DNA from: the human T2T-CHM13v2.0 reference genome, Homo sapiens
Reading direction: 5' to 3' (one strand)
Assembly: GCF_009914755.1 (NCBI RefSeq)
Contig: NC_060930.1
Length of the DNA stretch: 64,000 bases
The translations under genes were made by a program, and so were the position numbers. Positions 11,461 to 28,566 of the stretch are shown piece after piece. How positions within the stretch are numbered: position 1 is the first letter of the stretch; each line of letters begins with the position of its first letter. The notes below the pieces were generated by a model that saw only the letters and a program-made list of their open reading frames with translations, was not told the origin of the DNA and did no database searches.

Positions 11461-14400
11461 CAAAGGCATCTTTAATAAGCAGTTTTTTTTTTTAAACCAA
11501 CCTGTTTTCTAATAGGTTTTAATACTGTGCTATCTGGTAATGTGCCAGAGTTTTCAGTGTCTCAAGGAATTGGTAGACTAAGAATAAACCTAAGAATAAA
11601 TGAATTAAACAGCACAACTGGAGCGTCTCTGGCAGGGAACCTGGCCTGAGGAGGCCATGTAAGGGTGGGGTGGCCTTTGTTTAGATTCGCCAGGAAAAGC
11701 TTCAGGGAACTCAGGAAGTGCTGCTCAGGGGAAAGGGTCTCCCAGCTGTGTTTAGGACCCAGCGAATGGGAGATCTGAAGTGGGAAGGCCGGCCAGGCTC
11801 TCCCACCATCCAGAGGCAAAATGAGGTCTGGGTCTGTAGAGAACATCCCCAGTGAAGGGTAAGAGAGGAGAGTCCAGCTGAGATAGACGATGGGAAGGAA
11901 AGAGAGTTTTGGAGGTTTCTTGCAGATGAGAGCAGATATATTTTAATGAGGATGAAGATGATCCTAGTGTTGTAAATGTTAAGGATATCTTGAATGTGTT
12001 TACATTTGGTAGTTATTAACACACGTCTGCAGGTAAACATGATTTTTCTGGTTATCCTTTGCCTTTAGGAGAGAAAAAGAGGCAAGTTAAGTAAAGTATT
12101 TTAAGGTTATATTTAGTTCGAAAAGAAATTTCTGACTGTAGACCCGGCTCTCTGCAGATGTGGCTTGCTCTCCAGGAGTCACAGAACCCAACTCGACCTC
12201 CTCCCTGGAAGCCCACCAGAGAATCCAATAAATAAAACAGTCAGAGCAAGGCTGTTGTAATTGAGACCCCACCTACCTGGCCTTCCCCTTGCCCTGTCAC
12301 TGGACAGGTGATACTAAGCATTCATATTTAGAATCGTGATGGAGACTTTGCCAGTCTTCAGTCCTCAAGGAAAGATGCAGTGGTGCTCATTTAAGGCAGA
12401 AAATATAACTAATGTCTGTGTTTCAGTGTAATTTTTAACAATAAAGAATGAAACGGGAAGAAATTTCCGATTAATACTTATGAACCCAGAAAATGAAGTT
12501 AGTCATTGTAGCATAATCCTTAGCTCCTCAGCCTTCAGTTGTACTGTTGCTGTATTTGAGCTTTATTGAAGAGAACAGCTTCACAGTATCTGTATGTGTG
12601 GCCCAGTGCCAAGACCAGTGTGAAACTAAAAACAACAACAGCAAACTGTTAGAGTAATTATAACAAAAGTCAAGTCTGTAGCCTTATGTGTCAGGAATAA
12701 AGAATAAGAGTTCAGTTTATTTGGCCAGTGTTTGGTGTTCACATTGCTGTTTATGTAACTCTACATATGGTCTTTCAAAGTGATCGTGCACTTCCAAAAT
12801 GAAGTATCTACCCACTTTTATCAGCTTTCCCAAATGTTATCTTTTAATGTCTTCATCACGATTAGAACACCCATTAGTAATTAGGATAACTCAGGAAAAG
12901 GATCTTCCATGTGGACCACCATCCTGGCTGGAGGTTGTTATTCTTCTCTGTGCATTTTTGGTGCCCTGGATTTGGCCTGATCCTCAGGCCCCTTTAAGTT
13001 AAAAATACCCGGTGTGTGGTCTGCCAGCTGGCCCAAGGCCAGGCTTTTTATAGCCTTGTCTGGCCTGGGAATGGAGCTTAGCATGAGGGGAGGTGCCGGG
13101 GGGCCTTCTCTGGCTTGGTAGACCAGAAGTGTGGGGAGGCCCTGCTGCCTCGCTAAGTCTTAGCTCTGTCATCATAAATAAAAGACGAGTCATCTGATGG
13201 CAGTCCCTTTCTTCTCTGATATCTTTTGGTAAAATATTTGTTACAATAACCAAGGAGACAACTTTGAGTAAATTTCCCATTATTTTTGAAGCCTGTTGCC
13301 CCTTCTGCCAGGGAGAAACTTCACCGCCTGGGTCCATATACTTTCACTAATTAACTGAGCACCAGGTTCCTGGAGAAACATATTTATTAAATGTCAAAAA
13401 TTTGGGGACATTTAGTCTTCATTTTTGGTCTTCTGTGTCCAGTGGCATTTTTCCTAAATTATGTCCAGCATTTCCTTGAGATTATGTATGCTATTTTTTA
13501 TTCTAAATTGTTGCCTCGATTCTTCTGAAGGTACTCATGTGTTACCAGGGTTCTTCCCTCTCCTCCCCTGGGAGTACTTAGAAAACCATTTTTGTCTCCC
13601 TTCCTTCATGCCCTCTTCCCTGGAAGAGTTTTATATACTAAATCATAGGGTTAAAGTAATAAATGCCATTGATACCTTGCTTTGTTTTGTTATTAAACAT
13701 TGGTAAGGAATTTGGTAAAGTGAGGGATAATGTTACAGAATTGTCATTACAAATAATTTTCAGGCTATACCCCACAGTCAGCCAACATGTGGGACCCGCT
13801 GCTAAGACTTAAAATATTAAATAGCAGAATGTTAATTAATTCATAGAGAGAAGCATCTGCATTTACGTAGTCTAAAAGAGTCAAAATTTAAACACCTCTT
13901 TGTGTAAATCGTTACAGTCTTTGCATGTTTTTCTGTCCCAGAGAGCAGACAATCACATTCATTTTCTCCTTCTTTTCTTGTTCATTACTAGATGGAAGGG
14001 GCAAAAGAAGAAAAAGACAAATATTTGGGTGCTTTTCTGTGCTGGGGAGGATAGCTTTTTTGGTTTTCTTTTGTTTTTAAAGCCCTTAAGGACCGTAGTT
14101 GGTAAGCCAATTGTCACAGTTTGGGTGGACCCTAAGGAGGGGAAGCCGTGTCATTGGCCCTGACACTGATTATTGAAGGACAATTGTTCACTTTCTCTCT
14201 CGGATTAAAAATGCATGAAAGCACCTTTTTGACACCGGGCTTTCTGAAACCCAGTGCTGTCTTTTTTTGTAATACTCCTGTGGATGTTTTTGCACAAAGT
14301 GGCACCTGTTAGAGCTGGAAGTGTTCTTGCACGGCTGTCTTTGATCTAGTAGCCCTGGACAACTTTAAGCACATAGTTACTAGATGCAGGCCCGCCCAGC

Positions 14401-16489
14401 CCCGGGAGAGCATATCTGGCTTGCACGTATTTAAGGTGATGTGCAGAAGAGAACTGGACCAATTGACAGGCTGCACTGTACACAATTACTGTGTTTCCCA
14501 TTTGAATTATCACTTCATTTCTGAAAATGGAAAAGATGGGACGGAATGATAGGAAGTTTTGAGAATGCTACAATATATGATTAAATTGGAGACTCTTTTT
14601 GACTGGACAATATGAATCTGTATTTTTATTATTGCATTTTGGGTGATTTTGGACGCCAGTATTCTTATTTAGGATTGAATTCTCACATGAAATTGTGTAA
14701 ATATTTTTCTTTTTGAGGACCTATTTCTAAAATTAAGCGGCTTTTTTGAATTTGTATTTTGAATTCCTAATTTTGTAGGCTATGCCACTTTTAAGACATA
14801 AGTGCCTAAAAGGATGAAAAGTAATAGAAAGTAGAATGGGGAAGTGGAAACACTGGAATCACCCCTTGCACTGAACGCATAGTAATTTTTAATGATCACA
14901 GAGTGGCTCTTCGTTGTAATTAGTGTAATTTCTCAAACAAGCATTTAATGTATAGGCAGTTTAAGCATTTTTTTCTTTCTGAAAATATGTTAGACTAATA
15001 TTCTTTCAGAATTTCTTCTGGGAAGAAAGAATTGTCTATTTAAATTTTACTAAGGTTACCTTTTGAAGACCACTAACCTGGTTGAAGCAGTTAAACTTGC
15101 TATCCGTTCTTTGAAACCACATTGAGTGAGAAAATTAAAAAGGAAAATGGCTTAAATATTTTCCCCTTGACAGGAGAAATGATAAGTATTTACTGTAAAG
15201 TGTCCAGATAATGTAAAGGAATATGAAAGACACAAAAATTCCCCCATCATCTTTCCACTCACAGATAACAAGTGGTTGTATGAAGGGAACGAGGTGCTTC
15301 ATTAATCTTTGAACCTTGCGTATTTGTCCCGTATTTATTAACAGCATTGGGCAGTGTTTTTGAATGTTCTGTGTGGTTATATTATTTATTACCGTGGGGG
15401 AATGAGCCAGGTCTGGCTCTTTGAACACTGCTAATTTACATGAAGAAAATGTCCCCAAGGAGGAGACTTAACTAGGGAAAGACTCAGTTACCTTGGCCTC
15501 TCTCTGTGTGTGCCAGAGCCCCCCTGCAAGCACTAGGGGCTGCTTCTAGAAAGGGGACCCAGATCTTAAGACTTCGAGGAGGAAGATACCCTATTTGTTC
15601 TCCAAGACCATTCAGTCGTGAAGGGTTCAACTTGTTCCGGGTTATTTATTTAGCATTCTCTATTTTCTGCTTTGCTTTTGACACTCCAATGTTTAATTGT
15701 ATATTTAGGAAATAACAATGAAGAGTACGTTTTTAAAAAGAAGAATGTTTTCTGGAAGGGATTTCCCCCCACTTTTGGACAGTGAGTTAGACTCCTTCTG
15801 AAGCCTCTGGATCTAGGTTATTACAGGGTTTGTCTTCTTGAAGCTGGAACTGTCCAACTGTTGTGCTATTTCAGACCTGGCCTGTCTTTCACTTTCAAGC
15901 TCCAGAAATAATTTATAGCTGTAGGGTGTCAGGAGTGGGTTTGAACTGGGCCTGCCCAACGTAACATGGAATTGTGCACAGATTGTTAAAATTACTATTT
16001 CTGCATTCAAATGACTAAGTACAGTAAACTTTTTACTGGCACAGTTAATTTATTTGAATATTTATTGGTCGAGTGCTTCACGTAGAAGACTAACATAATG
16101 AAAAAGCCCAGCACATACTCAGAGCTGATTTGGCTTTTTAAAAGATTCTAGGCTTGAATATAGCTAGCTAAATGGTCTTTAGCAAATTGACTGGCAGTAA
16201 ATTGATCCCTGTGGACTGTGGCTTGAATCAGCCTCTCATTCTTTAAAGGTATTATGGAGATATTGTTATCTCAGCGCAAGGCTGGTCTAGAAAAGGGATG
16301 CTTTCAGTACAAATACTTGTTACTTACATATTTCCTTCCTAACTGGGTAAAGTTATATTTCTATTCTTTACCTCTCGCAAGAGCATATAGGGACTTCGAA
16401 TCAGAATATTTTGTTCAATTGTAATAGCCTTCACAAATTTAGTTTGTTTCTGTGTTTAAGTCTCTTTTGACTTAAAAAAAAAAATTTGA

Positions 16490-16799
16490 GGCCGGGCGCA
16501 GTGGCTCACACCTGTAATCCTAGCACACTGGGAGGCCGAGGTGGGAGGATTGCCTGAGGCCAGAAGTTTGAGACCAGCCTGGGCAGCATAACGAAACCTC
16601 CCTGTACAGAAAAAATTTTTAAAATTAGCAGGGCGTGGTGATGTGCACCTGTAGTCTCAAGCTTGAGCGGTTGAAGTGGGAGGACCCTTTGAGCTCAGGA
16701 GTTTGAGGTTACAGTGAGCTGTGATGAGGCAACTGCACTCCAGCCTGGGCAACAGAGCAAGAAGACTCTGTTTCCCTGTCTCTTAAAAAAAAAAAAAAA
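16490..16799 (+). mobile_element. AluJ
   Basis: ggccgggcgcagtggctcacacctgtaatcc...gggaggattgcctgagg...poly(A). Confidence 0.95.
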
Positions 16800-18057
16800 T
16801 TAAGAGCCAGTGATTTGGACCTTCATTAATTCAGTGTTTTCATTGACTTACTCATATGACTATTCCAACCAGAAGGATGTAATTTTCCCCCCTCTGAGCC
16901 CCCAATTTTACCATTAGCAGATGTTTTTCCAAAACTAACCACAAGGAAGCATGTCAAGACTAACTCAGAGGATTATACAGAGGATTAAACTATGATTTAA
17001 TTACAACAGTGGGCTCTCTGGCTCTATTAATAGCTAATGACTTGTATTATATTTTCCCGTGCCTGTGAACTCTATGCTATTTTAGACCTTTCAGATATTA
17101 GCGACCCCAGCTACAGCTATCTTACTTACTCTGAAAGTAGGAGCCTCTCGTTTCATGTTTAGTTTTGTTTTATAACTTAATATTTCTTCCTCCTTCACTT
17201 AATTGGGAGAGCAAAAGGTTTACTAAACAAACAGGTTTGAAAACCCAAAGCTTCCCTCATGTCTTGGTGAGCTTGCTGTGAAGTGGAGTAGCCTGTTATA
17301 ATGCTGATAGGGATAATGGCTGGAAGCTTTGTGCTTCCTTAAGGAATGTGCTACATGCATCATTTGCACATACAGTGATCGGTTTGACTGGTGGAATTAC
17401 TAAGACCATGGTATAGGGTGGTACTTTAAAATCTTACAGTGCTTAAGGACTGGATTAGGAATTAGGACTTAAGAATTCTAGGTTTAACTCTGTGCTTTAA
17501 ATCTTACTTAACACATTGGGATTATAGTACTTAAGTATGCCTGTATTGAAATGTGTTGTGAGACTAGATGAAAGTCTATGTAAAAATGAATTTGAAATAT
17601 TTGGATATATTCTTTAAAACAATCTTATTGTGTGTTTTTATTCAGAGCCCTAGAGTTGTCCTGAGGATGAGTATTTTCCCACCGCGGGCATGAAAATGGA
17701 TCCTAATGGTAGACCCAGTCCTCTAGGGTGGTCAGTTTGAGGCCCAAGCTTCCTTTCCAGGGAGGCAGTGGCTTAACCTGGGTCACCCTGTAGGAGCAGT
17801 AGCTGGAGGCTGCAGGACAGGTGCTTTTTTCTCCTCCCACGTGTGCTTTTTGTGGTGGAAGAGGGGGCAAGGTGTAGAAATGTCTGACTCTGATTCCTCC
17901 ATCTGCCAGCACAGCTTCTCTTGTTCTCTGTGGTCTCACCTTTATGGCACAGTACTCTTTCCTATTTGTCTTTGAGCTCTGAGGCTCAGCCCTAACCTCG
18001 AAGAGATGGCTTCTGCATCTGTCAGATGGGTCTCATAGTATTACCTGCCTCCATACG

Positions 18058-18357
18058 TTTTGTTTTTAGTTTTGTTTTAAGATAAGGCCTTGTTCTGTTG
18101 CCCGGACTGGAGTACAGTGGCACGACCACGGCTCACTGCAGCCTAGGACTCCTGTGTTCAAGTGATCCTCCCACCTCAGCCTCCTGAGGAGCTGGGACCA
18201 CAGGCATGTACCACCATGCTGGCTAATTTCATTTTTTGTGGAGATGGGGTCTCACTATGTTGCCCAGTCTGGTCTCGAACTCCTGGGCTCCAGTGATCCC
18301 CCACTTTGGCTTCTCACAGTGCTGGGATTACAGGTATGAGCCACACTGTGCCCAGCC
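18058..18357 (-). mobile_element. AluJ inserted into a + strand MIR (~17990-18410)
   Basis: Alu dimer; TSD-like cctccatacgttt / cctccataaattt; MIR core catctgtcagatggg before and tgtgaggttaaatgaggtgatac after. Confidence 0.9.
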
Positions 18358-20654
18358 CTCCATAAATTTTTGTGAGGTTAAATGAGGTGATACTTGTAAA
18401 TAATTTAATGTTTTCACTCACTAAAAAACAAACTTTTTTTGGTGAGAACGTTATGAATGTTTTCATAAAACATGTCGTTCTTCAGGGAGTTGTGAATTGT
18501 GACATTAACAATTTCCTTTTATCAACCAAAGCTAGCTACTAGTACCTGTTCCTACCCCCTCCTCTTTCTGTTTTTCTGGCAGGGGGCACTAAGGAACGAA
18601 CGGAATTGCCAGGGTGAGCTGGAATGAGCTTGAAAGGCTGTTTTCCTTGGTTTTGAGTGATTATTGACTTGTACTTGGGGACTTTCTGTGGAATTCAGAA
18701 AATTAAGGTTTCTTATGACCCATAACCTGAGGCAGTTCAGGAAGCCCTTTGGGGCTGTGAAGCAGGGGTAGGGGCTTGTCCTGGAGCAGAGCACGGAAGA
18801 TTCAGGTGTCTGCTTGGTTCCTCCAGGCTCTGGGATGTTAAGCTTATTAAATAGCCTCTCTAGACCCAGGGAACATGTTGGGTCAGCTTTCAAAATTGAC
18901 AAAATTGTCTCAGGACTGAGGAAGTGTGGCCTGTTCCACAGTGCTTACAGCCTGCTGCTGTAAACCGTCGCGGTGTGCCCCCGCACCCATCCCGGCCATC
19001 CTGCCACGCGGAATTGTGTCCACCTCTAGATACCAGCTAACACTGTGCTATTTGCTTGTTGTGTTTGAATATATAGGGCACAGATGAAACAGTGAAAGAT
19101 TTAGGAAGGTTTTATTGAGAGTTCATTTCTTTTGCAAAAATGTTACAGCACATTAACTGCTGTAATTACCATAAATAATTAAAACAAAAATATGATCATA
19201 AGAATAAATGAACAAAATGTGTTAAGTTGTAACATGGGCCTCTGTTGATTGTTCTGGCCTGTTTACTTCCAGTCAATTACTAGGCAGTTTTTGTCCACTT
19301 GGGCTGTTTGATAAGGCTTTTGTGATAAACTATGAGTTCGGGGCAGTTGGGGTTGGGATGGGTGCTTATCATATATCATAGAAGGCATTTCATGAAGCAT
19401 AAAATTCAAATTGTAATAATGTCACTAGTGTCTAAGTTAACACGAAGAGATGAATGAACATAGGTCAGAGAGATGGGGAATGATGTCCACTTTTGGAAGA
19501 GCAAGTTTGTAATACTATTATCTAAGTTATTCTTAAGAATTAGTAATAGATTTTTAAGGCGTATGGATGATATTATACATTTAAAGCCCATTAGCGAGCA
19601 CATTGTTTTTTGATTTTCGAAAGTTTGGGAATTAGTCAGAATTTACACTGAGAGTAGACTTCAGCTACAAAAATATTGTGTGCAAGTGTACCTTCTGCAC
19701 AGGGTTCCGGTGTGTCTGAGGAAGGCGTGTGCTAACACAGACGCGTGGGATGCTGACCCACAAAACACTGCAGGCCCGTCCACTTTGTGTGTTTCACGTG
19801 GCGGCAGACTACACGCTTACCTTTATTTTCAGTTTCTTTTCTGACAAAATATCACATATTTCAGTCAGTGTTTCTGATAAAGTTTGTAAAATAATCATTT
19901 TATAATTATATTAAGATGAAATACTAACAAGCTAAACAATAAGTTAGCTATATGAAAACTGGTTAAAATAATGAAACCTTAAGTTCATCAAAGCAGTTCA
20001 TCATTTTGAATGGAGCCCTAAATTGTGTGTGTGTTTCTCTGTCTTTGTGTGTGTGAGTGTGCGTGCATGTGAGTATCTTTTTAAATGCCACAACTAGAGA
20101 TGGGAATATGGAATTCAGTGATTTACATTGGAGAAATTAGCTCTGGAATCTAGGAACCAGATGGCTACTCTTAGAGGATCCTCAGGGATGCTATCATACT
20201 TTTATGAAAAAGACAATTGTTGAAATACCAGTATGAGAATAAAGATTATAGTGGTTTGTTCTCTGTTATCAAAATTTTCAGGAAAAATGTGGTTATGTAG
20301 CCTACAATTTTCACGTATTATAATTATAACTCTTCGTGTGGACTGGTTGTAGATGGAGGGAAGACAGCAGGCTCTGGAGACTTTCTGGACCCCTGCTTCT
20401 TTGTAGGGTTGTTATGAGGACAACATGTGTTCCTAGATATTGAGGTCTTAGAGCAGTGCCTGGAGTGAGGTAAACAACATAAACTGATGTAGGTTGCCTA
20501 ACGTTAACTGGAGCGAACTTACTGCAGGTGCCATGTGGAAAGATGTGTGTATGTTTCAGCAAATACGTTCCACTATACCAATGCCTAGAACCATGTATGT
20601 GTGTGTGTATGTGGTGACCATATAGCCTATGCTTTTCAGGATGCATTGAATGAT

Positions 20655-20890
20655 AACAACATAAACACTTAAAACCTCCCACTGTGTGCCATGTGCTGGT
20701 TTTTGGCATTTTATGTACATTAACTCATCAACTTCTTAGGAATTCTAAGATGTATGTCCTATTAACTCATTTTACAGATGATAAAACTAAGGCATGGAGA
20801 GATTAAGTAACTTCCCCAAGTATTTCTAGTGGAGAAGCCGGGGTTGCATCCAGACTCTGACCTTAACCACTGCTCCATGCTGCCTCCCTG
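20655..20890 (-). mobile_element. MIR
   Basis: actgtgtgccatg...cattttacagatgataaaactaaggcatggagagattaagtaacttccccaag. Confidence 0.85.
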
Positions 20891-20993
20891 CATCAAGCAC
20901 TGTGTCTTATTATAAAAACACTTGTGTATCCACATGTGTGTGTCTGTATATGGCAGAGCCCATTTAATACATCCTGTGTGTGTGGGCATGCAT

Positions 20994-20996
<3 letters not shown>

Positions 20997-21054
<58 letters not shown>
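20997..21054. repeat. Compound (CT)n(CA)n microsatellite
   Basis: Seen directly. Confidence 0.97.
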
Positions 21055-21058
<4 letters not shown>

Positions 21059-21419
21059 GATGTTGGCTTTCTAAAATGCTTAAGCCTAGTAAATCTCAAT
21101 GCTGAAAAACCCATTGCCTTTGCTTAATGGTAAAATGCATCAGTCATATTTTGTTGAAACTGTGACAAAATGTAAGGGGAAGAAATTTGGGGGAAAAACT
21201 AGAAAAGTAATACATATCTAAACTGGACCGTTGAGAGCTTGACGTGCTGGCAGTCTAAGGGTAGGATGGGCTATCTGACCTCACTCATTCACCCCAAGGC
21301 TGGAAGGGTCCAGAAGGGCTTGCAGTTGGATTTATGGGAGCCGCATGGAGGAGCTGGGATTCAGGAAAATTTACATGTTTGCTTGAACTGTTAACCACAA
21401 CTAGAACATCAGTGTAGTA

Positions 21420-21610
21420 AGATTTGTCTGTTTACTGGGTGCTTTTACATCAGTAATCTCCTTTGAACCTCATAATAGTTCTCTTAAATGACACCAAAAG
21501 TATTACCATTTTCCAGACGAGGAAATTGAGGCTTAGGTTAAGTGACATTCCTAAAGTTACACAGTTTTGAAGTGTCAAAAGCTGAACTTTGGTTTTCTGA
21601 TAACAAAACA
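21420..21610 (-). mobile_element. MIR
   Basis: ccattttccagacgaggaaattgaggcttaggttaagtgacattcctaaagttacacag. Confidence 0.8.
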
Positions 21611-22306
21611 ATATTCTTTGATTCTGTCACCCGCAATTTCAAGAGAGTGTCAGTGCCCTGGTCCCCTGCTTTGTGGAGGCTGTACAGAGCCCCTGGGAAG
21701 CTGAGGTGCCAGGCATACCCACTGAGAATGCAAGGACAGGTGGCTGTTAGAAGCAGAGGCCCTGGTGTGTCCTTGGCCTGGGGGCTAACTTCTAGTATGG
21801 GGTTTCAAGAAGCCCTCTTGCTCAAGTGTGAAGGAGGGCTTTGTTCTGAAGCTTCTATTTGAATTGGAAACTCAGGGTGTTGTTGAGCTAGGAAGGGGGC
21901 TGAAGAGCCATGACCAAGGTGCTGGCCACCTACTCTGGAACTACTTTGATTTTTTGTTTCAGTTTGGCTTAAGGAAACAAAGAGGCAAATAGTGTTCTGT
22001 TCCTAACTGGTATAGTAGTCAGTTTTGCATTGGAAATATACAGTCATGTTGCTTAACAACAGAGATATGTTCCGAGAAATGTGTCATCAGACAGTGTAGT
22101 CATTGTGTGAACACCATAGAGTGTACTCACACAAACCTAGATGGTATAGCCTGCTGCACACCTAGGCTATATAACAGAGCCTGATGCTCCTAGGCTGCAA
22201 ACCTGTGCTGCATGTGACTGTATTGAATACTCTAGGCAACTGGAACACAGTGGCAAGTGTTTGTGCGTCAACATATTGAAACATAGAAAAGATACAGTAA
22301 AAATAC

Positions 22307-23195
<889 letters not shown>

Positions 23196-23455
23196 CCGTA
23201 AAAATGGTTCACCTGTGTAGGGCACTTAACTGTGCATGGAGCTTGCAGGACTGGAAGTTGCGCTGAGCGAGTCAGTGAGTGAGTAGAGGGTGAATGTGAA
23301 GGCCTAGGGCATTACTGTACACTACTGTAGACATTATCAACCCTATACACTTAGGGTACACTAGATTAATTTTTTAAATGATTATGCTACAATATGATGG
23401 TGATTACCATGTCACTGTTTGATAGGAATTTTTCAGTAATTGTATGGGACCACTC

Positions 23456-23608
23456 TTTTTTATTTTTTGAGACAGAGTCTTGCCTGTCGCCCAGGCTGGA
23501 GTGCAGTGGCCGCAATTTCAGCTCACTGCAACCTCCGCCTCCCGGGTTCACGCCATTTTCCTGCCTCAGCCTCCCAAGTAGCTGGGGCTACAGGTGCCCG
23601 CCACCACG
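23456..23608 (-). mobile_element. 5'-truncated Alu (right arm; AluY/Sc-like)
   Basis: cccgggttcacgccatt; exact 13-bp TSD tgtatgggaccac at 23441-23453 and 23609-23621. Confidence 0.92.
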
Positions 23609-25379
23609 TGTATGGGACCACCGTTGTATATGTGGTCCATCATAGACCGAAACACTGTTATGTGGTACATGACTGTAAATGAATCAGAATTGTCTGATGA
23701 TTCCTTTTCTGTCATCCCTTACACTACTGGTGCCAGTGCCATTAGGATGGCTGCCCATCGCCTGAGTTTTGGCCATAAAGGAATGGAGAGCAGGGAGAGT
23801 TCGCCTTCCCTTAAGAGTTGGCATTTTTTGTTTGGTGCCTTACTTGATGTTTAGATTTTAGTTCTTTAAAAAAAAAAATTCTAGTGTTTACAGGTGTGCT
23901 GTAGTGCACCTGTGTAAAGGAAACTTAAAGTTGAATTATTTTATAATTTATACACCAGCCTTTTATACAGAGCAATGCTTATGGCAGCTTCTCTCTCTGT
24001 GTTAACTGGTATTAAAGCTTTTCTAGATTAAAAGCCGTAGGTTGCAAAACATGGTTTTTTGCATGTGCAGTTATTTCTTTACCACTGAGTTGTCCTTCCA
24101 AGCCTGGTCTAAATGTGCTTGAAAATCACCATCTGCTCCCTGCAGTTTGGAGAGGGCACAGAAAGACTAAGGTGAAAAGCTGTCACTTCTAATGTTTTCA
24201 TTCAGACTTTCACACCCTTCTTGTCTAGTTACATAATTGTATGCAGCAGGAGTTGTTTCAACCATTTGGTCTTGTCCTTATTTTGAGAGAGAGAGAGAGA
24301 TTAATTTTAAGAGAGTTGGGTCACAGTACTGAGGCAGATTTGAGAATCTGATAAACCATGAAAGTGTTCAGAATGGAATCTTCCTGCTCAGTCAGTTTGT
24401 TAGTGGATAAGTCCATTGCATAAATGACATGAATATGAACAAAAGCACCTATACTTATGCATATATCTCCCTTTGCAGAATATGCTTTAAATTTTGCAGA
24501 ATATGCTTACAAATTTTTAATGCCGTATGCTTAGATTTTACTTTTTGAAGTCAGTATAGCACAGAGTTGATGATATAATAGTGCTTTACAATTTTATTTG
24601 ATGTTCAGAATTTATTATAGATAATATAGAGGAAGGATTTTGAATTGTTCACATAACTTATTTTTTCAGTGTCTTCTTTTTTTTTTTTCTTAAAAATTGA
24701 TCTATTTTGGTTTTGATTGGAATGAATGGCCACAATAGGATTTGAAAATGAAACAGGACAGAAGCCTGTTAGTGTAAACTGGCAATAATTTCTAATAGTC
24801 AGGAACAAGAAGACCATTAAATCGTGGGATTTATGCCATTGAAAAGGTAGTAAGATAAAATAAGAATATTACTATACTCTAGAACTGTAAATTTTGATCT
24901 TTCTGCGAGTTAATTATCTAACATCCATACCAAGCTGGAGACAATAGCTGACTCTTTCATTTACTTGGAGGTGATTGTAGGAGAAGAAAAGGATTTCAGT
25001 CTTCAGTTGGCAAAATGATGGTTCTAACTTGCATGTAATGGAATCTTTAGTATACCCACAAAAGATTATTTCATTAAGATGTTAATAATAGATTTTTGAG
25101 GAACAGCGTTTTATACTTTTCATAATTAGGACATAGAACTTAAAACAGAAATTCTTTTTTTTCCCCCTCTACTTCTTTTCTAGCTTGAGAAAATCTGGAT
25201 CTCTTTAGAAAAAGCCTTTGGTCTATTTAAGCACTCTGTTTGTGCCAGAGTTACTTGCTTTTTTGTGCAACCAACATTTTAGAATTTCTCTAATGACACA
25301 AAAACTTGGTTTGGAAAAAGATACACATTCCAGGCCCTCAGAGAACAATAGCAGAGCCACGTAGTAGGTCTGTCAGCCA

Positions 25380-27870
<2,491 letters not shown>

Positions 27871-28550
27871 CTTGAGGAAAGTAGAGAGTAGTTTGTATTT
27901 CTTTTTTCCTTTAAGAATCTTAAAACAACATATATATCAAACTCTCCTGTGAAACACTGGAGAGTTGTATCTCTATTTTATAGATGGGGAACCTGAAGAA
28001 ATTAAAATGCTGACTTTCCAAAAGTATGAAATAGGAAGTGGAACCCAGGTTAGTGAATACTCCAGTTCTGTGTCTTGATTAATTGAGCAATTGCCAAAAC
28101 TGTGTTTTTCAGCTGTTGGTTGGATGAAAGATGAATTCTTCCCTGTATGATGCTGCACACAGCTTCTGGGCATTTTGGATGGGTGCTGGGCCTCTTTGAG
28201 TCCTTGGCAAAATCCATGTGCAAAATTGGATGTGTGGAGTGTGGAGAGGGAAGGAGAGATTCCGTTACTTCTTGGGCCTCACTAGTTCGAACATTCCGTT
28301 TCCAGACTTGCAATACCATCATCTCAAAATTGTTCTTTGAAATAACTAAACAATAATTTTCAACCTATAACAGATGATTTGTTTTGTATCCTTTTTTTTC
28401 TTCAAGTAGAAAATGGAAAAATTATGTCTGTAGAACACAGTAGACTGGAAATGACTTGTGAGAACTAGTTTTATATTTTCTTAAAACTAATCTTCTCCCT
28501 CATAGCAAAGCCTTATGTACTTAAAGTAATTGAATGGACTGCAGGGTATA

Positions 28551-28566
28551 CTGGGAATTGTAGTTT
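28551..28566 (-). promoter_or_regulatory. Candidate ZNF143/THAP11 (M4/SBS2) motif
   Basis: Reverse complement AAACTACAATTCCCAG, an exact match to the ACTACAATTCCCAG core; motif match only. Confidence 0.45.

Noticed and set aside
24472-24517. Short tandem duplication tttgcagaatatgctt x2
   Set aside because: Ordinary slippage duplication.
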